The notes below the pieces were generated by a model. It was not told the DNA's origin and did not search any database. It was given only the letters and a program-made list of their open reading frames with translations. From positions 1-64,000 of the forward strand of contig JAVJWO010000211.1 in assembly GCA_040222015.1 (NCBI GenBank): DNA of 64,000 bases, written 5' to 3'. Made by a program: the position numbers and the translations under genes. Positions 31,869 to 42,679 of the stretch are shown here, one piece after another. Position 1 is the first letter of the stretch; every line of letters begins with the position of its first letter. Origin of the DNA: Coleofasciculus chthonoplastes F2-STO-03. Its GTDB lineage: Bacteria; Cyanobacteriota; Cyanobacteriia; Cyanobacteriales; Coleofasciculaceae.

Positions 31869-34370
31869 TTAGCCTTGTTGCGCTTCAACTTCAGCCACCA
31901 TCAACAGTGTCTTCATCACAGAGTCAGGGTTCAAACTCATCGAGTCAATACCCAACTCAACCAAGAACTTGGCAAACTCAGGATAGTCACTGGGCGCTTG
32001 ACCGCAGATACCAATCTTACGACCATTCTTCTTCGCCTTCTCAATCACCATCCGTACCATTTCCTTAACCCCGTCGTTGCGCTCATCAAAGATGTGAGCC
32101 ACCAAGGCAGAGTCACGGTCTAAACCTAAGGTTAACTGAGTTAGGTCATTGGAACCAATGGAGAACCCATCAAACACTTCACTGAACTGATCCGCCAAGA
32201 TCACGTTGCTGGGAATCTCGCACATTACATAGACTTGCAGTCCATTTTCGCCCCGCTTCAAGCCGTGTTTCTCCATTTCCGCCAGCACTTTGCGCCCTTC
32301 ATCAGGAGTACGGCAGAAGGGAACCATGGGGATTACGTTAGTTAAACCCATGTCATCCCGAACTCGCTTGATGGCTTGGCATTCTAAGCCATAAGCTTCG
32401 GCATAGTTTTCATCGTAGTAACGAGACGCACCACGCCAGCCAATCATCGGGTTTTCTTCCTTCGGCTCAAACTGCTGACCGCCGAGGAGGTTGGCATATT
32501 CATTACTCTTGAAGTCGGACATCCGTAACACAACTGGTTTGGGATAGAATGCCGCCGCAATCATCGCCACACCCCGCGCCAACTTGTCTACGAAGAAGTC
32601 AGCCTTGCGTTCGTAGAGGTAGGTCATTTTGTAGATTTCCCGCTTGACGGTGGCATCTTCGAGCTTATCGAAGTTCAGCAGTGCCAAGGGGTGCACCTTA
32701 ATATGATTAGCGATAATGAACTCTAAGCGGGCTAATCCCACGCCATCGCAGGGGATCGCCGCCAAACCAAAGGCTTCTTCTGGGTTCCCCACGTTCATCA
32801 AAATCTTGGTGCGGGTTGTGGGTAGGTTTTCCAGTTGGGTTTCTTGGACTTCAAAGGGTACAAGCCCTTCGTAAACCCGTCCTTCTTCCCCTTCGGAACA
32901 GGAAACGGTGACCTCTTGTCCACTCTTCAGCACACCTGTGGCATCACCACAACCGACAATCGCTGGGATGCCCATCTCACGAGCAATAATTGCCGCGTGG
33001 CAGGTCCGTCCACCTTGGTTGGTGACAATGGCTGATGCCCGCTTCATGATTGGTTCCCAGTCGGGGTCAGTCTTGTTGGTAACTAAGACTTCACCGGGTT
33101 CAAACTCATCAATCTTGTGGACATCCAGAATCACTTTGGCTTTGCCCTGACCAATCATTTCGCCAACGGCGCGACCGGTAACAGCCACCTCGGAGGTTCC
33201 TTTAAGCTGATAGCTCTTAAGGACGCTCTTTGACTTCTGGGATTGGACGGTTTCTGGACGAGCTTGGACGATGTACAAATCACCCGTTTCACCGTCTTTC
33301 GCCCACTCAATGTCCATAGGGGTGTAGACACCCCGGACTTCGGAGTAGTGGTCTTCAATAATACAACCCCAGCGAGCGAGTTGGAGAATTTCTTCGTCGT
33401 TGATGGCGTATTTGACTTGCTCAGGCTCTGACACGGATACGTTCTTGGTCAGTTTCGAACCACCGATGTCATAGATCATCTTGATTTCTTTGCTGCCCAA
33501 GCGCTTTTCGAGAATTGGGCGATACCCGTCCTTGAGCGTCGGTTTGAATACAAAGTATTCGTCGGGGTTGACAGCACCTTGGACAACGTTTTCGCCTAAA
33601 CCATACGCAGCGGTAACTAGGGCGGCATTCTTGAAGCCTGTTTCTGTGTCAATGGAGAACATGACACCGGAAGAGGCTAAGTCAGAGCGCACCATTTTCT
33701 GCACCCCAACTGACAGGGCGACTTCAAAGTGATCAAACCCTTTGAGGGTGCGATAGGAGATGGCGCGGTCAGTGAAGATGGAGGCAAAGCAACGATGGCA
33801 AGCGTCTAAAACGTCCATGACACCGTAGACGTTCAGGTAAGTTTCTTGCTGACCTGCAAAGCTGGCATCAGGTAAGTCTTCAGCCGTAGCGGATGAACGG
33901 ACGGCTACGTCAACAGCTTGGCTTTTCTCCTTGCACTCTTCTTGGTATTCCGGCTCAAACCGATCGCAAAATTCAGTGGTGACGCCATACCGTTCGCACA
34001 GCTTCAGGTAAGATTCTGCGATCGCGGTTCGCAGATCTTCCGGGAATGGTGTGTTGAGAATCAAAGACCGCGCTTGCTTACCCCGGACTCGCAAGTTGTT
34101 CATATCCTCGACATCGAGGTCAGAAAACAGTTCGCGTAGCCTTTCTTCTAAACCTGCTTCCTTAACGAAGTAACGGTATGCATAAGCCGTCGTGGCAAAT
34201 CCGGTGGGAACTCTGACGCCCTTAGCGGTCAGTTGTCGGATCATTTCACCCAGGGAGGCGTTTTTACCACCCACCAAGGGAACATCGACAATTCCTACCT
34301 CTTCAAACCACAGAATGAGAGCTTGTTCTTTGGACGATTGAGATTTTGTTGTTTCAGTAGCTGCAACCAT
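31869..34370 (-). CDS. ppsA: Phosphoenolpyruvate synthase
   Basis: VGGKNASLGE, RSSATAED, GGRTCHAAI, SIGSNDLTQ, CGQAPSD. Confidence 0.97.
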   Translation of the reverse strand: MVAATETTKSQSSKEQALILWFEEVGIVDVPLVGGKNASLGEMIRQLTAKGVRVPTGFATTAYAYRYFVKEAGLEERLRELFSDLDVEDMNNLRVRGKQARSLILNTPFPEDLRTAIAESYLKLCERYGVTTEFCDRFEPEYQEECKEKSQAVDVAVRSSATAEDLPDASFAGQQETYLNVYGVMDVLDACHRCFASIFTDRAISYRTLKGFDHFEVALSVGVQKMVRSDLASSGVMFSIDTETGFKNAALVTAAYGLGENVVQGAVNPDEYFVFKPTLKDGYRPILEKRLGSKEIKMIYDIGGSKLTKNVSVSEPEQVKYAINDEEILQLARWGCIIEDHYSEVRGVYTPMDIEWAKDGETGDLYIVQARPETVQSQKSKSVLKSYQLKGTSEVAVTGRAVGEMIGQGKAKVILDVHKIDEFEPGEVLVTNKTDPDWEPIMKRASAIVTNQGGRTCHAAIIAREMGIPAIVGCGDATGVLKSGQEVTVSCSEGEEGRVYEGLVPFEVQETQLENLPTTRTKILMNVGNPEEAFGLAAIPCDGVGLARLEFIIANHIKVHPLALLNFDKLEDATVKREIYKMTYLYERKADFFVDKLARGVAMIAAAFYPKPVVLRMSDFKSNEYANLLGGQQFEPKEENPMIGWRGASRYYDENYAEAYGLECQAIKRVRDDMGLTNVIPMVPFCRTPDEGRKVLAEMEKHGLKRGENGLQVYVMCEIPSNVILADQFSEVFDGFSIGSNDLTQLTLGLDRDSALVAHIFDERNDGVKEMVRMVIEKAKKNGRKIGICGQAPSDYPEFAKFLVELGIDSMSLNPDSVMKTLLMVAEVEAQQG

Positions 34371-35355
34371 TAAGCATTTCCTCCTACTTTTGGTTTTGGT
34401 TTCAGTGTTTTAGTTTACCGATACTCAGCCGAAAAAATTCCTTTAGGTAATATTTTCTTTAGAATTCGGCTGTTTTTTATAGAACCATACCTCACAATTA
34501 AATTCGTAGCGATTTACACATTTATTTATTTTTTGGCAACTCTTGCTACAATTATAGTCATCGCCAATCTACCACTCTACTCAAGTTTAGAGTTAAAGCC
34601 ATCCGATCTACTATCATTTCCCATCCTTATAGTTGGGATAAATTTAATTGATGTTTATCAATCCTTTGGGTTTTGACTTAAGGCGTTGAATTCGGGAATA
34701 AATAGCTCAATCCACACTTGCTCAATCCACACTTGCTCAATCCATACTTTGTCGCGCTTGGGCGGGTTTGTAGCCTTGCAAACTTCTTCTGGCGTTCTCC
34801 TTGAATAATTACTTACTTATTAGGAGAGCGAGTAATTCGGTCACAGTCCTTTATTTCAGAACAGTTCTACCATAGCAGACTATTGAGAAATAGACAAGCC
34901 GTAATCCCTAATTTAAATCAGCACTAAAGCCACCCAACCCTAGGGATATTAACAACCTAGATATTGTTTATTAGGGGCTAACCCAAATGATAGCTCTGTT
35001 GGTTATACATTTTTCCTTTAGTTGTATTCCATTTTTAAATGATCCCCAGATAGAAGTATCAAATATTGTCTATCTATCCGTAATATCTTTGTGTTTATCG
35101 AAACAAAGTCACTATAATTAAACTAGGTAATTTATCGGCTTAGTCAAGAGCGTGTCTGTCTAAATTTTAGTCTAAATTTTAGTCTAAATTTTCCTGGCTC
35201 CCCTGCACCAAGACGTGGCTCTCAGACTGATTTACAAAGGGATATTGACCTCCGACTGATTATTGCCTTGCTAGACATGATAGCGCAATCCCAGATTCTG
35301 ACAAGATCTAAATTTGGATTGTAAACTTATGTAAAACGAACACACTGTATCGATC

Positions 35356-35910
35356 ATGATTTCTCGTCGCACGCTTGTGAGCATTCTCCTGGCAAGTTGT
35401 CTGGCTTGCTTGACTTGGTTAAACGTCACTCCCGCCGCCTCTGCTCTCGGCGGTAAACAACCGCCATTAAATGAGCCTGCACCAGAGTTTACGCTACCGA
35501 CCAATAGTGGGGATGGGGAGGTATCACTCTCTGATTATCGGGGGAAATGGGTAGTTTTGTACTTTTATCCCAAGGATTTCACCTCAGGTTGCACCTTAGA
35601 GGCTCGTCGCTTTCAGCAAGATTTGCCCGAATATATAGAGAGAAATGCCCAAATTGTGGGGGTGAGTGCGGATGATGTGGACTCCCATGCCGATTTTTGT
35701 GACTCAGAGGGGTTGAAATTCCCCCTTTTAGCAGATACAGATGGGTCAGTGAGTCAGGCGTATGGGTCTTGGATGGGGTTTGTCTCCCTACGCCACACCT
35801 ATATCATTGATCCCGATGGTATCTTGCGGGAGATATTTCTCGGTGTTCGACCAGCGATTCACAGTACAGAGGTACTGGCACATTTAGATGAGTTGCGATC
35901 GGTGACCTAA
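35356..35910 (+). CDS. BCP/PrxQ peroxiredoxin with N-terminal signal/transit peptide
   Basis: YFYPKDFTSGCT motif. Confidence 0.9.
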   Translation: MISRRTLVSILLASCLACLTWLNVTPAASALGGKQPPLNEPAPEFTLPTNSGDGEVSLSDYRGKWVVLYFYPKDFTSGCTLEARRFQQDLPEYIERNAQIVGVSADDVDSHADFCDSEGLKFPLLADTDGSVSQAYGSWMGFVSLRHTYIIDPDGILREIFLGVRPAIHSTEVLAHLDELRSVT

Positions 35911-36055
35911 ATCCCATCTATTACCCCACAAGGAACTTGTAGGGGCGACCCACTGGTATCAATTCATACCAAATCCGCCTTTATTAACCCCTTTTGAGGA
36001 GGCGATTGAAATCGCTGCTACACAAACCAAGTCCGCCTGCGCGGACTTGGTTATA

Positions 36056-37103
36056 ATGCCCTTTGCAGAAGGAAAATGGCAAATGAGAATGAGTCTCAAA
36101 GCCCTTGATCCCCAGGATTGGATTGAAATTGACGTCATAGATGCAGGAGTTGTGGGACAGTCTTAGACCGCGACCACAACGCGGCAAAAAACATCTTGGC
36201 AAAAGGCTTTAAGCTGTTAGCTGAATATTTAAACGGTACGGTAGGGCATACCGAATCCGGAGCCAAAAACTCGAAAGCGCAGGGAGAAACTGACCTCTGG
36301 CTCAAGAACGGAGACGCTCTTGCTCTAAGTCGGCTCGAAGAACTGCGAACCAAGAATTCTTGGGAATCCCCCGCTATATTGCGTTAGCAATTAGCGGCGG
36401 GAGCATGTCAATGCTGGATCATCTGTTGAAACACTTCCCCCAGCATTATCGACGCCACAGTCAAACGATTGACGCGATCGCAACCCATCAAGTTTGGCAT
36501 ATCCCGGACTTCGAGTCAGCACCTCTGGATTTAGCTGGGCGTTTGGTACAGGAGGACTTATTATTAATGGAGCGATCGCGTCAAGGGTATCGTTTAGTCG
36601 CCGCTTCTCTCTGTTTTCCCTTGCGTTGGCGACTGCGAGAAAAGTTGGGGTGTCCCCTGACTCAAATCCACGCCCCGGTTCCCGGATATTCCGAAAAACT
36701 GGCGCATCCTGTGGATAGTGTGTTCAATCGCCTCAAATCTAGTCATCCCGTTTGGCGATTAAATTGGAGTATTGTCGAGTCTCCCGAACTATTCTTTCCT
36801 CCAGACAAAGCAAAACCCGGTTGGGAGACAACGATAAATTGCCAAAACGCTGGGGATAAGCTGTTTTTGAGAGTGGAACGTCAGACATTAAGACGGTTAG
36901 CAACCAGTGGTGACATCCTGTTTACCGTGCGTACCTACGTGCATCCTTTGCGAGTGCTTGAAGATAATCCCCAGATGGCTCATAATTTAATGGAAACTAT
37001 CCAGCAAATGCCCCTTGAGATGCAGAATTATAAAAACTTACTGCCAATTCAGGAAGTGCTTTTGGGGTATCTTGAGTATATAGCTAGTTTCAAGCATTTG
37101 TAA
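36056..37103 (+). pseudogene. DUF3445 (heme-dependent N-demethylase-like) gene disrupted by a tnpB remnant
   Basis: MPFAEGKWQM..DWIEID N-terminus at 36056; remainder (VQEDLLL, CFP..W, IHAPVP, RVERQTL) resumes after 36411. Confidence 0.8.
36134..36411 (+). mobile_element. tnpB 3' end plus IS200/IS605 right end
   Basis: HRCRSCGTVLDRDHNAAKNI Zn-ribbon/RuvC-III motif; end GAATCCCC..GGGAGCATGTCAA. Confidence 0.88.
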
Positions 37104-37272
37104 AATGGCAGCCTGGGTTAGACAAGTTTCCCAAATATTTTTACGTTCACACACAATTTATTGAAAACAGCCAAATTACTAAATAATTCAACGTTCAAAA
37201 ACTAAAAATAAATAATTCTTGATCTAGTAAATTAGTTTAATGTTTCATTGTTGTAAAAATTAATATATCAGT

Positions 37273-38439
37273 ATGGCGAAAAAAAATAACACTTTTAAAA
37301 GCAGTACCACAAATAATTCAACTCCTCTAGTATCACTTTATTGGGATTGCCAAAATGTTAAAGTCAGCCGAGAAAGAGCCGAGTTTTTGCAAGTCTTTGC
37401 CAACGAAAAAGGTGATGTAATTTGTCAAAAAGCATATTCCAATTGGCAGCGAGAAAATAAAAAATATGCCAAATTTTTAAGTGGTATTGGTTTTCAAAGA
37501 ATTAACGTTCCCTCCTTTGCCAGGAACAGCGTAGACAACCAACTAATAGTTGATTGTATTGAAGAAGCCTATAGTAATGCCTCCGCTGATATTTTCATTA
37601 TCGCATCAGGAGATGGTGACTTTACCAGTCTAGGTCATGTCTTAAAAAATAAAGGGAAGAAGGTCATAATTTTTGCTCAACAAGGTGGGGTGAGTCAGAG
37701 TCTAATTGATATTGCTGATGAATCCCACATCATAGAAAGATTAGATGAAATATCAAAACTTCCTTCCTTCCGCGACCCTTCTCTTCTCAAGCGTGCCCTC
37801 ACCCACTGTTCATACATTAACGAAAACCCTAGTGCAGGTGAAGACAACGAACGTTTAGAGTTTCTCGGTGATGCTGTACTAAATTTTATTAGTGGTGCGT
37901 TTCTCTATAATTATGATCCAGCGATGAAGATGAGCGAATCTCAACTTACACGTCTGCGAGCTAAATTAGTTGAAGGACAACAGTTAGCAATATTTGCAAA
38001 AGAACTAGATTTAGCTAAAAAAATGAGGTTAGGTAATGGTGCTATAAAAGAAGGAGGACGCAGAAATTCGTCGTTGCTCAGTGATACGTTTGAAGCCGTT
38101 GTTGGTGCTTACTTTCTCGATTCAGGTATTGAGGCAGTTATCACTTTTATTGAACCTTTGTTGAGTTCTGCAATTAGAGACCTCTGTTCCACTGAAACAA
38201 CTCTAGATAATAGTATTCTCGTGGACTCCAAAGGTCGATTTCAGCAATGGGCGCTAGCCAATTTTGTCGAAAAGCCGGAATATTTTGTTATTGATGAATC
38301 CGGACTTGATCATGCCAAGGAATTCACGGCTGAAGTGCGCGTAAAAGGCACAGTCTACGGTGTCGGAACTGGACGCCGTAAACAAGATGCTGAAAAACGT
38401 GCGGCTGAAGCAGCGCTTAAAAAAGTTGGAGTTGAATAA
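37273..38439 (+). CDS. NYN(LabA-like)-RNase III-dsRBD fusion protein
   Basis: YWDCQN/NSVD/SGDGDF NYN motifs followed by NERLEFLGDAVL, DTFEA and a dsRBD. Confidence 0.88.
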   Translation: MAKKNNTFKSSTTNNSTPLVSLYWDCQNVKVSRERAEFLQVFANEKGDVICQKAYSNWQRENKKYAKFLSGIGFQRINVPSFARNSVDNQLIVDCIEEAYSNASADIFIIASGDGDFTSLGHVLKNKGKKVIIFAQQGGVSQSLIDIADESHIIERLDEISKLPSFRDPSLLKRALTHCSYINENPSAGEDNERLEFLGDAVLNFISGAFLYNYDPAMKMSESQLTRLRAKLVEGQQLAIFAKELDLAKKMRLGNGAIKEGGRRNSSLLSDTFEAVVGAYFLDSGIEAVITFIEPLLSSAIRDLCSTETTLDNSILVDSKGRFQQWALANFVEKPEYFVIDESGLDHAKEFTAEVRVKGTVYGVGTGRRKQDAEKRAAEAALKKVGVE

Positions 38440-38459
38440 ACGTACTGGTTTTGTTGTCC

Positions 38460-39395
38460 TCAAGCTTCCCCATTTTCCACAGGAGTTGCCTTAGCGCCAA
38501 AAACCGCGATCGCAACTCCTGCCAGGAGAACGGCTGCACCAACTAGCACAAAGCGTCCAGGGAGTTCCTGAAAAACTAGATATCCCAAAAAACTAGAGAC
38601 AACCGGTTCCCATAAAATCGCTAGGGTAACCAGAGTTGGAGAAATCCAGCGCACTGCCCAGTTAAAGCTAGTATGCCCGATTAATTGAGGCAATACCGCC
38701 ATAAGTAAAATATAAAGGTAAACGGCACGAGGATAGCCAAGGTAGCCAACACCAAAGACTAACGGCAAGGGCAACAAAACCAGTGCGCCCGTGCTATAGG
38801 CGATGGCAATATAACTGCCAATTCCTAGACCACGCCGCTGTGCTTCTCGACCTAACAATAAATACAAACTGACTATCACAGCACCCATTAAGGCGAGACT
38901 ATTGCCCAAGGCGGGATTATGGTTAACGTTAACCGTTTCTTGATCCCCTAATGCAATACATACACCTCCCATAAAGGCAATACCAATTCCCAGTAAGGTT
39001 AGCCGAGAGGGTTTTTCCTTGAACCATAGCCAAGATAGCAAAGCTACCCAAATTGGGTTGGTGGTGACTAGAGTCGTAGAAGCGGCGATTGAGGTGAAGG
39101 ATAGAGACGTAATCCAGGCGGCAAAATGTAGGGCAAGACAAATCCCAGCCCCCACAGCATAATAGAAAGCACCGGGACTAAGCTGATTAGATCTTAGGTT
39201 GCGCCAAGCGGGTATTATTAATAAAGATGCCAGAGTTAGGCGAGAAGCCGAGAGAAACAGGCTAAATCCAACGCCACTCGACCCAGCTGCCGTATTAGCT
39301 AAGCGAATAAAAATGGCGGCACTGGAAACTGCCAAGACACCAGCGACTAAAACCAGTCCCACCTGCCACGGTAACGGTTGCTTGGGCGTTTTCAC
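38460..39395 (-). CDS. EamA/DMT family transporter (probable GTG start 39395)
   Basis: About 10 TM helices with duplicated EamA pattern. Confidence 0.88.
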   Translation of the reverse strand: MKTPKQPLPWQVGLVLVAGVLAVSSAAIFIRLANTAAGSSGVGFSLFLSASRLTLASLLIIPAWRNLRSNQLSPGAFYYAVGAGICLALHFAAWITSLSFTSIAASTTLVTTNPIWVALLSWLWFKEKPSRLTLLGIGIAFMGGVCIALGDQETVNVNHNPALGNSLALMGAVIVSLYLLLGREAQRRGLGIGSYIAIAYSTGALVLLPLPLVFGVGYLGYPRAVYLYILLMAVLPQLIGHTSFNWAVRWISPTLVTLAILWEPVVSSFLGYLVFQELPGRFVLVGAAVLLAGVAIAVFGAKATPVENGEA

Positions 39396-39632
39396 AATTT
39401 TATGCTCCCTATTTAATCCCTGGAGTTGAGACCAAGAGTTACGTTTCAAATTTTCTTGTTTTATGAATTTTTTGTAAAGATAATTTTGCTTGAGGTGAAG
39501 ATTCAATGAATTTGTGAACTATCCTCTCAGGACTAATCGGAGGTCAATCTTGACTGTGCCAGTTTATAGAGCGGACTAGAGCTTACAGACAACCCCCGAT
39601 AAAATCCGGAAAATTAAACAGTAGAGTTAAAA

Positions 39633-39695
39633 ATAAAAAACCCAACTCTTACAGTTGGGTGTGGATCAAAGACTTACACAGTTTATCCTCCTATT
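39633..39695 (-). ncRNA. Candidate ~60-nt sRNA ending in an intrinsic terminator
   Basis: Orphan minus-strand hairpin ACCCAACT/AGTTGGGT plus U-tract with no upstream minus-strand CDS. Confidence 0.35.
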
Positions 39696-39973
39696 GTGGC
39701 AGAAATAAGCTAGGATCTGCCAACCTTCATGGAATAATTTCCAGCAGCACCCGACTTTATGCAAGCAGCAACGGGTGTTTTTGATTTGTGGCAGGTTGCC
39801 CGTGAAGACAGCATTGGTGTTAACTTAAGCTCAAAAAGAAAGCGATCCCTTGATCTGACCCCTCCCTAACCCTCCCCTTGCTAAGGGAATTGAACTCGAA
39901 CGGTCTCCGACACAAACCTACCTAAACTTGTGTTATACCGTTGAATTAGTGAGAGTAATCTATCTGAACTCAA

Positions 39974-40588
39974 GTGACAAGTAACGTTTATCGCCATAAG
40001 CAAAAGCTCTTTGATCGGTGGGCACCGAATTACGACCTGCTGTTTACCACAATCTTCTACCAAGCGGTTCACAAACGGTTGTTGGAGTATGTAGAACTAC
40101 CGGAAAATCCGAATGTGCTTGATCTCGGTTGCGGTACGGGTCGTTTATTGCATCGCCTTGCCACCCAATTCCCCACTCTCCAGGGTACAGGACTTGATTT
40201 ATCCTCCCAAATGCTGCGTCAAGCCCGACAGCGCAACCAGCACCGACCGCGACTTATTTTCAAACAGGGAAATGCTGAGTCTTTACCCTTTGCTGAGGGG
40301 CAATTTGATGCGGTGTTTAATACAATTAGTTTTCTGCATTATCCCCAACCTCAACAGGTATTCTCTGAAGTGAATCGAGTTCTGCGACAGGGGGGACGTT
40401 TTTACCTGGTTGACTACATCGGTCGAAAAAAAACAGTGACTCTTTCTATTCCCTTATTTTCTAATAACCTTCGCTTCTATAGTCGAGAGCAACGCGAACA
40501 ATTTGGTACAGTAGCCGGGATGGAATGCTTGGGACACCATTTTCTTTTAGGACCCGTGATGCTAACGATTTATGAACGTATTGGTTGA
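39974..40588 (+). CDS. Class I SAM-dependent methyltransferase
   Basis: VLDLGCGTG, GNAESLPF..FDAV. Confidence 0.9.
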   Translation: MTSNVYRHKQKLFDRWAPNYDLLFTTIFYQAVHKRLLEYVELPENPNVLDLGCGTGRLLHRLATQFPTLQGTGLDLSSQMLRQARQRNQHRPRLIFKQGNAESLPFAEGQFDAVFNTISFLHYPQPQQVFSEVNRVLRQGGRFYLVDYIGRKKTVTLSIPLFSNNLRFYSREQREQFGTVAGMECLGHHFLLGPVMLTIYERIG

Positions 40589-40848
40589 GGAGGGTGAATA
40601 TGGAACGTCGTCGCACTTTCTCTGGGGTGAGTTGGGAAGGGAAAACGGGGTATTGTCGCGCTATCCGGGGTAGAGGTAGACGCGGTTTGTCCAGCTTGAA
40701 ATTGCACACTATCACAATTCGCGATCGCGTCATTGTCATTTGTCAGGGTTAAATGAAACTCAGGTCTCTGATTTGTTGCACAAGTCAGGGATTCCGCACA
40801 GGATATGAGAAAATTCAACAAGCAGTCGGATTGTCCGAGCGTAAATTT

Positions 40849-41550
40849 ATGTCCCACGAGTCCTCAGAACAACTCAGTCTCTTTGACCAGTCAGGGCTGA
40901 CATCTTCTACCCCCAGTGACTTCCAACCGTCGTTAATTCCTACGGATGCCAAAATTCCGATTCCTCCTAGCACTTACGACTCCATGGAGTCTTTGGCAGC
41001 TCATTGTAACGTTTGTCAGCGCTGTGAATTAGGAGCCACTCGCACCCATGCTGTAGTGGGGCGGGGCGATGTTCATGCTCCGATTATGCTCATTGGGGAA
41101 GCCCCTGGTCAAAATGAAGACGAACAAGGTTTACCGTTTGTCGGGAGAGCCGGACAATTGCTGGAAAAGATTCTCGCCGCCGTCAAACTCGATAGTGAAC
41201 GGGATGTCTATATCTGTAATATGAATAAATGCCGCCCTCCCGGTAATCGAGTACCGACTCCTGATGAAGTTGCAGCTTGTAAACCGTATTTATTAGAACA
41301 AATTCGCTTAGTCAATCCTAAGATTATCCTGCTAACAGGTGCAACGGCTGTCAAAGGGTTAACCGGTGAAAAGCGTGGCATTACTAAAATTCGTGGCACT
41401 TGGATGGAATGGGAAGGACGACTGTGTATGCCAATCTTCCATCCCGCCTACCTATTGCGGAATCCGTCACGGGAGCAGGGTAAGCCAAAGTGGTTTATGT
41501 GGCAAGACATCCAGGCAGTGCGTGCCAAATTAGATGAACTTCAATCCTAG
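40849..41550 (+). CDS. Family 4 uracil-DNA glycosylase
   Basis: CxxC, GEAPG, KCRPPGNR, FHPAYLLR. Confidence 0.92.
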   Translation: MSHESSEQLSLFDQSGLTSSTPSDFQPSLIPTDAKIPIPPSTYDSMESLAAHCNVCQRCELGATRTHAVVGRGDVHAPIMLIGEAPGQNEDEQGLPFVGRAGQLLEKILAAVKLDSERDVYICNMNKCRPPGNRVPTPDEVAACKPYLLEQIRLVNPKIILLTGATAVKGLTGEKRGITKIRGTWMEWEGRLCMPIFHPAYLLRNPSREQGKPKWFMWQDIQAVRAKLDELQS

Positions 41551-41603
41551 AATGTCGTTTGGGTAACCCCAGTAAACAGTCAATGATTCTCGCCTAGAAT
41601 TTC

Positions 41604-42026
41604 ATGGACTTTAGAAACAAGCAAAATAACTCACCAATCCCTGAAGTTAATCTGATTCCTTTAATGGATGTGATGATGTCAGTGCTAACATTTTTTATTA
41701 TCACATCAATGAGCTATACAGGTCAGCGATTAGGGGATATTAATCTACCTGGTTTACCGGGTACTGGAACCCCTAGTGGTGAGTCAAATACTAGAAATAC
41801 TCTGGTTATTGGCTTAAATCGCCAAGGCGAGATTTTAGTGGATAATCAAGTGATTACTATTAACCAGATGTCTGAAACAATCCAGTCATACCTAGAACAA
41901 AATCAAAATGCTACAGTTGTTTTCAAGGCAGACCGAGACTTACCTTATGAAGATGTGCAAAAACTGTTAAAAGAAATGACGATAATTGGTGGCGATCGCG
42001 TCTCTCTTGCTATTGAACGTCGTTAA
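41604..42026 (+). CDS. exbD: Biopolymer transport ExbD/TolR
   Basis: VNLIPLMDVMM..FFI, KADRDLPY. Confidence 0.88.
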   Translation: MDFRNKQNNSPIPEVNLIPLMDVMMSVLTFFIITSMSYTGQRLGDINLPGLPGTGTPSGESNTRNTLVIGLNRQGEILVDNQVITINQMSETIQSYLEQNQNATVVFKADRDLPYEDVQKLLKEMTIIGGDRVSLAIERR

Positions 42027-42233
42027 AATAATTTACCGATGAACAACCTGTAGGGGCGACCCGCCTACCATTGGTGTCAACTTAAGCTCAACCCCTCTCC
42101 CATGCCAGCCCTCACCCCCAGCCCCTCTCCCAACCCCCCTCGTTCCCCCCTACAAGAGGGGGGAGGACTAAGGATGTTTCACTTTTGTTGCACGGGAGAG
42201 GGGAGCAAGAGGGGAGATTTAAATCGTTAAACA

Positions 42234-42653
42234 ATGCGTTTTAGAACCCAGCGAACCCAATCATCAATACCGTCCATTCAGTTAATCCCTATGCTCAATG
42301 TAATCATGGGAGTTCTAGCATTTTTTGTAATGACTTCCATGCTGTTAACCACTCAAGAAGGCGTCAATGTTCAACTTCCTAACACTGAAAATAGTCAAAC
42401 TCAGCCGCCGGAAAAGCCCGCTCCTTTAATTGTACAATTGAAGTCACAAGGACAACTGGTCATCGGTAATCAGTCGGTCAGCCAAGAGCAATTGTTTGAG
42501 CAAATACAAACCTATTTATCCCAAAATCCTCAAGGGGCTGTCTTCTTGCAAGCCGACAGTCAATTGCCCTACGAGCAAGTGATTCAGGTATTGGCAGAAA
42601 TGCGGGATGTGGGAGGCGATCGCGTTTCTTTAGCTATTGATAGTGGCGCCTAA
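42234..42653 (+). CDS. exbD: Biopolymer transport ExbD/TolR (second copy; TM Asp replaced by Asn)
   Basis: LIPMLNVIM..FFV, QADSQLPY. Confidence 0.85.
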   Translation: MRFRTQRTQSSIPSIQLIPMLNVIMGVLAFFVMTSMLLTTQEGVNVQLPNTENSQTQPPEKPAPLIVQLKSQGQLVIGNQSVSQEQLFEQIQTYLSQNPQGAVFLQADSQLPYEQVIQVLAEMRDVGGDRVSLAIDSGA

Positions 42654-42679
42654 TAACAACTCCTTAAACCAAAAATTAT

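Noticed and set aside
31512..32388. ppsA duplicate or the 50.1/60.9-kb duplicate as DGR TR/VR pairs
   Set aside because: Mismatches are not adenine-specific and there is no reverse transcriptase in the window
34706..35192. Short tandem repeats (GCTCAATCCACACTT x3; TCTAAATTTTAG x3) in the ppsA-bcp intergenic region
   Set aside because: Simple slippage repeats without spacers or other supporting structure
36360..37103. 247-aa ORF as an intact gene
   Set aside because: Its N-terminus is read from the IS right end; the true gene start is at 36056 and is disconnected
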